This document shows, in pieces, positions 57,201 through 64,000 of a DNA stretch of 64,000 bases. Each line of letters opens with the position of its first letter. Within the stretch, counting starts at the first letter, position 1. The stretch covers positions 36,022,001-36,086,000 of the forward strand of contig OZ076417.1 in assembly GCA_964187785.1 (NCBI GenBank), given 5' to 3'. The DNA comes from Amphiscolops sp. MND2022. Its lineage: Eukaryota. The position numbers and the translations under genes were made by a program. A model generated the notes under the pieces. It worked only from the letters and a program-made list of their open reading frames with translations, was not told the DNA's origin and made no database searches.

Positions 57201-60200
57201 ATTTCCATTTGCATATATGAAATTTGGGTGGAAAGTAATAATGATAATAAATTTTGTGACTAATCAGAAATAACGAAATGATGAAACATCTCTGGTTGGT
57301 AATTCAGGCATCTGGCTCTGGAGTGTATTCTGTTCGACATCATCCAGTTTCCGTCTTTCATGCACATCAAGCCTCCGGACGATCCAGTTTTGGAGCAACT
57401 GGTGCCAGATGTCTGGTGGGATAAAAGCGTCACTTCCAAGGTAAAATATATGGAAGTACCTGTAGTGATGATCAATAAACTTTTCAAAGTCCAGCTGTTG
57501 CGGGTTCAAGCCCCTGATTCATCCAGCATTTTTTCGTGCTTTTGCATTTCACTTGAGAGGAGGCCGAGATTCGAAAAAGCACTCCCATGTAGCCAAACAC
57601 GCTATATCCGAACTTTTGACGTTATATCCGAAGTAAATTGCGTTCTACTATGCGACTTACCGAATAAATTTTTTTCAAAAAAAATGTTTTTTCAAAGGAG
57701 TTCGGTTAAGCAAATCCGTTTTCCCAGTTTTAAGGGTAACCTTTGATTATTTTAAATCTTGTGAGACTGATGAGAGTTTTCTCAACAATTGTGCCAAAGA
57801 CCTGCTGCTTTTTCGGCCGTGTGTGACTTTTTCAAAATAGTTCTTTCAGTAAAATCCTACCCCTTCATTAAAAAAAGTTTTTGGCTCGGAAAAATGCGTT
57901 GCAGTTCAATGACTACTGTCAGACAGTTTCAATCTTAGCGCTAAAAAAACGTCTTGAATGTAATTACCAATAAGATAATCAAACGATGCTTGCTATGTGA
58001 ACCACGAAAGCACATCGGAATTGTAATACTGTTTCTGAACGAGGCGCTGAAAAATATTAGCTTTTTCTGTCAATCGTTCAAAAAGGAGCTGTCGTTGCGT
58101 AATTTGGTTAGTTGCGAACTCCCGCGCTTGAGGGAAGCAATTTCAAAAGAATTCTTACGATGAAAACAATGCAAAGATATGACCTTTCATGATCGACAAG
58201 CTTTCATAATCGGAAACGCATTTCCTGAAGGCTCAGTGCCGAAAACACTCCCTGTAGGCCCAAAAACCGCATTTTCCTAACTGAGAACATCAAGGAGTGA
58301 AATCAAAAAAAATCCAAAATTCACTCCTATATCTACTTTTTTAAAAAAATTGGACCAAGTTCTTTTTTCGAAAAGTGGCACAATGTCGTGAAACAAGCCG
58401 GGAACGGCATACGTCGGCGCCATATCTAAGGGTCAAAAATAGCAAAAGGACATGAAAGTGTCAAAAACAAACTCACAAGTGTCAAAGTATCAAACTCACA
58501 AAAAGAGGATCACACTCACGAAAAACCCAAACGACCGAATTGGCGCGCCAGGTGCCCGCTAGCGCGGGCCCCGGCTAAAAGAGGGGACCCTTTCACATTT
58601 TTAACATCCACTGTTGCAAAACATCAAAAAATTAAAAGGGGGACCCTTTGGGGATTTTTTTCCCGAAAAAATCTAACAATGCCGAAAAAAACTGAAAGGG
58701 GGACCCTTTTGTCTCTCGCGATACTGTATGTTACGCGGAAAAGGAAGAAAACCCTTTTTGGTTCAATTCGCTAGGCCAAATAATTCAATTTGGGACCATA
58801 ATATTTCGTAGAACTTTTGAAGAACTATTTTGGTCAGTCGGTGTTGATTGAAAAAAAAGAGTCACTATAATAGTCGCGTTTCACTTCATGAAGCGCCGAC
58901 TAAAATAATGTCCTTGCCATCAAGAATTGGAAGCTCTTTGAATGGTTCTTGTTGCATAACTTGAAGGAGTGGTGATACTGAAATGTGAGCTTACTCAATG
59001 CTAGATATCTGATATTCATATCTTTTTGCAGGACCAGAACAACATATTTGCAAACTATACCGACGAAAACTCCCTCTCGGATGCAGAAAAACAAGAGAAA
59101 GAGACTTACTTGAGACACTGTGCATCTCTCAAGATGAAGATCACCGAGATCGAAGAGATCCAGATCGAGATTCTGAAGCTGCTCATGGAAGATTCCGACT
59201 CCAATGATTCCGGCAAAAGTTCCAGGCACGCGTTTCACCACTTCTCATTTATCAGTAGTTTTTTTATCGAACAAGGGACGCATACCGCCTTTAAATATTT
59301 CAGTGGCATCAATTCAAAGAATCATTCAAAACATGAAAAACACAAAAACTTGGAATTGACATGAATTTTTATAAAAAAGAAATCAACTGTTGCTGTAAAC
59401 GTTTAGATTTTTCCTTGAGTAGAAATGCTACGGAGCCATTTTTGTTGTTGAATTCTAAGGAAATAGCCATATTTTTTGAAGTTCCAATTTATAGCAAATC
59501 TAGTTTTTTTTTAAAAAAAACCGCCATAGGACATTTTATTGTTGTACGAAAAAATATACACCGGTAAAGTTAACTTTCTTCAGTTCAGTATTTTCGTAAT
59601 TAAATTTCGTTGTTGTAAAAAGCTACAAACATACTCTGCTGAAAAGTTCTGGAATAATTCCAATTGTGAAACGCGTGGCTGTTGAAGAACCCTTTTCGTC
59701 ATAAAACTGCGCGAGTTTCTGTTCGCGTGTCAGAAAGGTCAAAAGTTCACGCCCTCGCCGTGTCCCCTGCCCGTGACCCTCTGCTTCATGCACCGTCTGG
59801 TGAAGGTCAGCCATGTTTTATTGCATTGCAATATTACAATAAGTGATAATCCTTCTTTCTATGAAACAGTTTTGATCAATTTGAATTTATATTTTAATTA
59901 TTTAAATTGATACAAACTGTTTATACAAAGGACTATAACTGGTTGCAATAATGCTACCAATTATTATATAATACATAGTCCATAGTTTTGGTAATCTGAA
60001 TTTGTACAATATAATTCAAATTTCAACTGCTTGGAACGACTGCACGGATTCTGATTTTAACGTTTCACTTTGCTGTTCATCAAAAAAGAAGTTTTCCACG
60101 AAGATTCCATGACCTGTACAAAACATACAACTTTTCACTTCCAGTTTGTAGCAAAGTTGTAACATTCAAATAATTTTATAATTATTTCATCGTTCAGACT

Positions 60201-63200
60201 GCAGGCATTTTTGAGAGTTGATTTTTTTCGACACTTGACACTTAGATAGGTTCATCTTTGCGATAAGCAAGTACATGTATTATACGGAACCGATTTCGGA
60301 ATTTTTCGGAAGAACAATTGGCTAAACTAACAAAAAGTGCTTCTTAGCTTCACTATTTCTAGGTGATGCAGCGACAGTTTATGACTGATTTTTTACTGAA
60401 TTTTGACGTACTCTCATCTAGGTTGAACATTTATTTGTTTAAATCACTAATATAATAGTGACAATGAGATAGACGTAACTGTTGAAGGCTCTTCGATGGT
60501 TCTGGGACAGAAGTGCCAAGGAGAATGTTGCGTGGGTGAATTCCAACGAAGCCTTCGTGCCCGTGTGGATGTTCACGCACGACAAAAACCACAAGGGCCA
60601 ATACATCACAGACAGGTTTACTATCTCCTAATTACTATCTCTTATTGATGATTAATATAAGGGATCCATTTAAAATCCGTTAAGCGGATCCCTTAAATAT
60701 TACATTAATTAAATTTATACAAAAACCATTAATGGAATCCCTTTTAAATTTCTCGTTAATTCCAACGTATGCATTAAACCGTTGAATTGGCTAGCTTATA
60801 CAGAGAGAGGGTAGCTTGATCAGTCCTCGGCATCTTGCCTTCGCCTGCCATCGCAGAGCGCATGTTTTCGAGGGCAACGTTTCTGACTGAGAAACGAAGA
60901 AATAGACTCTCAATGCAAAATTGCGATTGATTTGTCTTGTCTGAAAATGAATATTTTCATTTTTTGCAATCCATTTTCATGAAAAAATCCACATAATGGA
61001 TCCCTTAAATTCAAGGTCTACCCGTTAAATGTTAAATTTTCCTTAAATTGGTCATCACTGCCTAATTGCATTCATTATAATTTTGGATTGATGTACGTAT
61101 TTTTATTGCCTTTTTCACTGAAAAATTTGCGTTAGCTCAAACTACTTCCCTTTTTAAAACTTTTTAATTAATCCAAGTAATAGAGTTAATCGTTAATGAT
61201 TTGGATATTTTCTGTCAATATTACTGAGTTTATACAATTTCGCAAAATTCAAAACTTGAAAGTGTTTCTAGGAAAGCTTCGTGGAATTGGAATTAACTTC
61301 CGGATGTTTCTATAATCTGATTTTGATACCAAAAACTTAAAGGAAAGAATATATGAACTTTTCAAAATTTATTTGTGAACTTTTTTTAAACCTGCAGAAA
61401 TATTGAACAAATTTACATGATTATTCCTCTATTTTAGGTTGGGCGGAATTTACGCGCATGTGAAGAAGACAGTGACGCTGAGTGAGAACGTGACGGAGAA
61501 GGATCCGGCCCCCGCTGCCACCGAGTTGATAGAGGTCCTGGACAGTGTCGTCATGCTCTACCAACTGGCTTCCCACAAACAGGCATAGCATAGCATACTC
61601 TCCAGACTCGATGGCAACTATCAATCTTGTTTCATTACTAAAATACAGTACCGTTCTAAAATATCGCAACTCCATCGCTTAAAATTGCGATTTTCAAATC
61701 CAAATATCTTTGAAACTGTCACAAATTCAAAAAATTGTCAGCCACAAAAGTTTCTTAGAGTTTCATCTAGTTTACAAAAATGTTAGTTTGAAATTTCTGC
61801 GACGAAAATTACAAAAGTTAGAAATTGGAAATTTTGATGAAATTCTATCAAATTTCCACTTTCTCTTGATTTTCACAAAGTTGAAAAAATAATTTTGAAA
61901 AATTTTCAGCCAATCATTCGCCTCTAAATCTCCTGAGGATGCTAATATGAGTTGATTAAAAAACTTTTTCGATTTCAAATAAAAATCATCAACTTTCTAA
62001 ATGCAATTCTTATAGCCTATCTTAATACATGTACTTCAGTGCTCATAGACAGAAAATACAGTGCATTTTTTTCTGATTCAGAACAAATTCTCGATCAAAA
62101 CAATTCAGTAGGTTCGGGAGATTATAGGGAGTTTCCGAATGAAAAAAATCCAATAAAAATTAATTCTAAGCTACTCAATTTTCGAAAAAACTGATTTCAA
62201 TTTTTCATTATGGGTCGTAGAAATTTCAAATATTTTTGTAAACTAGATAAAATTCTAAAAAACTTTTGTAGCTGGCAAAGGTTTGTATTCGTGACAGTTT
62301 ACGAGATATTTGGTTTTGAATTTTGCCATTTTAAGCAATGAGGTTGCGATATTTTAGAACGCTACTGTACTCTGCCAAATGATGAAAATGAGTCACTAAA
62401 ATGATGCCGAAAAGTTGAATAGGATGCATGCAATAGTGGTATCTCATACATAGTTCAGCCAACACCCTGAAATTTTTACTTGAACTGGCACCTTTTTTTG
62501 CTTGAAGCTTGGATGCTTGGGGTAAAGTACACTGAGTCGGCAATTCATTTGAAGTAGGCAGATGTTTTGAATTAGTCTTTTCTTCGATTTAATTTTGTTG
62601 ATACCTTTTACTTTTTCGACTGTCATTGGTGAAAATCCAATGAAACGTGATTTGTTTTCTTAACTAGAAATTTTTATAAATGGCAGAGATTTTTATGTGC
62701 CCCCACTTTAAGCTTTTGTGGGTGAAAATGTCTTGGGGATTTTTTGCTGTTTTGTCATGAGTATGAAATGTCTGTTTCGTATCAGTTGATGAAAATGTCC
62801 GAGTTGAGAGAAAACTTCAAAGAGATGTCGTGTGCCCTGAATGACACCTTTTACAAGCTATCTCTGTGCCCTGAACACGAGAAAGACGTCAAGTACGAGT
62901 TGATGAACTCAAAGGAAGTTCTGGAGAATAAAGGTTACGACCGAGAATGTTACGTTGTTATTCGCAACTCTGAATATGAACCAGTTTTTGATACCGCTAA
63001 ACATCTAATTAGCGGTGGGCCAAAATTTTCGGAAACATAATTATGTTATCGAAACATGTTTTTATTACGCTTGAAATATCTTTGGAATTTTATATCGCTT
63101 TTATAATTCTGAAATTTTGCCTTTTACAGCCGATGAATTATGAAAAATTGCCGACTTTTTTCACAAAAAGTTGTTTGGTTCTTCACTTTCTAGGCAATAG

Positions 63201-63665
63201 AATTAGAGCCACAGTAAAAGTACCAAAAAATAATTATCGCGAAAAATTGTTTGTAAAAGCTGGCTTTGTATTTACCAAAATCTGAATAAAATGAATCGTA
63301 CTGTTTTTCAAGAAGTTTTTTTTCCAAAAAATAGTCTACTAAAGACTATGCTGGCTATTTGACTTAAAAACAAAGCAATGCATGTTAAGCATATGTAATA
63401 TATTTAACCCAATATAAAAGTATCATGGATGTTTGAACTGCAGTGATTGAGAACTCGCGCCAACTTGCGTGGCTGATTGCAGTCCTGTTCTCGAAGGAGA
63501 AGCAAGAGGACATCCACTGGATTCTCAAGTGTTCTCTCAGGACCATGAAGAGAGCCATCGCACATGGCACTGCCTACTCCTTCATACCAGAGTATTACGT
63601 CGAGGTCGTGCTTGACTCATACAAGGCGCTCACCAGGTTCTTCTCTTTCGTCACTCCTTTCCAAG
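51216..63665 (+). CDS. RNF123: E3 ubiquitin ligase RNF123/KPC1 (SPRY domain), 5' 13 exons; gene continues beyond the window
   Basis: Exons 51216-51738, 52178-52312, 52701-52867, 53453-53646, 55892-56081, 56842-56915, 57308-57440, 59032-59225, 59688-59805, 60488-60615, 61438-61582, 62786-62933 and 63444-63665; all phases join. Motifs [52 protein letters not shown]. Confidence 0.92.
58430..58900. repeat. Intronic repeat with three GGGGACCCTTT units
   Basis: AGGGGACCCTTT recurs at ~58582, ~58638 and ~58698; non-coding; class not determined. Confidence 0.4.
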
Positions 63666-64000
63666 GTCAGTGCTGAATGACACGTCATCAAAATGATACA
63701 CAGTTGATTTTGCTTTGTATTGATACGGACCAGTGTATTGTACACGATACACGAACAAGTACCGATACACGAGTATTTACCAAATATTCGAGTACTCGAT
63801 GTATACACGACTTGAAAGTTGTTTACACGATTATACACGAAAATATTCTTTCGTGTATTGACCAATAAGAATGTGATTAATTTAAGGAAATCTAATTATA
63901 TTTCTTGAGATTCTTGCTTGTTTAGTTTGTGTGGATTACGTTCCTCAAATAGAAGAAACGGTATAAAGGCTGGAAATCTTGGAATCCTTGTTAAAATTGG

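Overview
Eukaryotic (animal, probably invertebrate) nuclear DNA; the species cannot be determined from the sequence. Bases 1-43.5 kb are a nest of transposable elements. Bases 44-64 kb are a compact housekeeping cluster on the + strand: RPL24, a COX16-like ORF, ASCC1, a divergent ASCC1 duplicate, and 13 exons of RNF123/KPC1 running off the window. The main feature is a young 15.8-kb Ty3/Gypsy retrotransposon (9803-25633; 1191-bp LTRs differing at 3 positions by eye). Besides gag and pol (-1 frameshift) it has four unusual properties. (i) It carries an antisense five-exon gene for a ~1290-aa zinc-finger protein that looks like a catalytically dead hAT transposase. (ii) It carries a divergently oriented 269-aa orphan ORF. 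(iii) It contains 13 exact copies (11 independent) of a 19-bp motif, GAC-N4-GGTCA-N4-GAC, spread over coding and non-coding DNA in different frames and on both strands. (iv) Its LTRs contain the first 217 codons of the gag frame. A decayed relative of the antisense gene at ~3.65-8.1 kb conserves matching splice junctions at all four introns, which independently supports the spliced model. Together these suggest a retrotransposon-encoded DNA-binding protein plus cognate sites, possibly a self-targeting regulatory or anti-silencing system; that function is a hypothesis. Other points: probable GC-AG introns in RNF123, operon-like spacing and acceptor sites in the gene cluster, a Phantom-like MULE with a RING finger but no catalytic glutamate, and an intronless JmjC pseudogene. 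All analysis was done by eye; no database searches were run.
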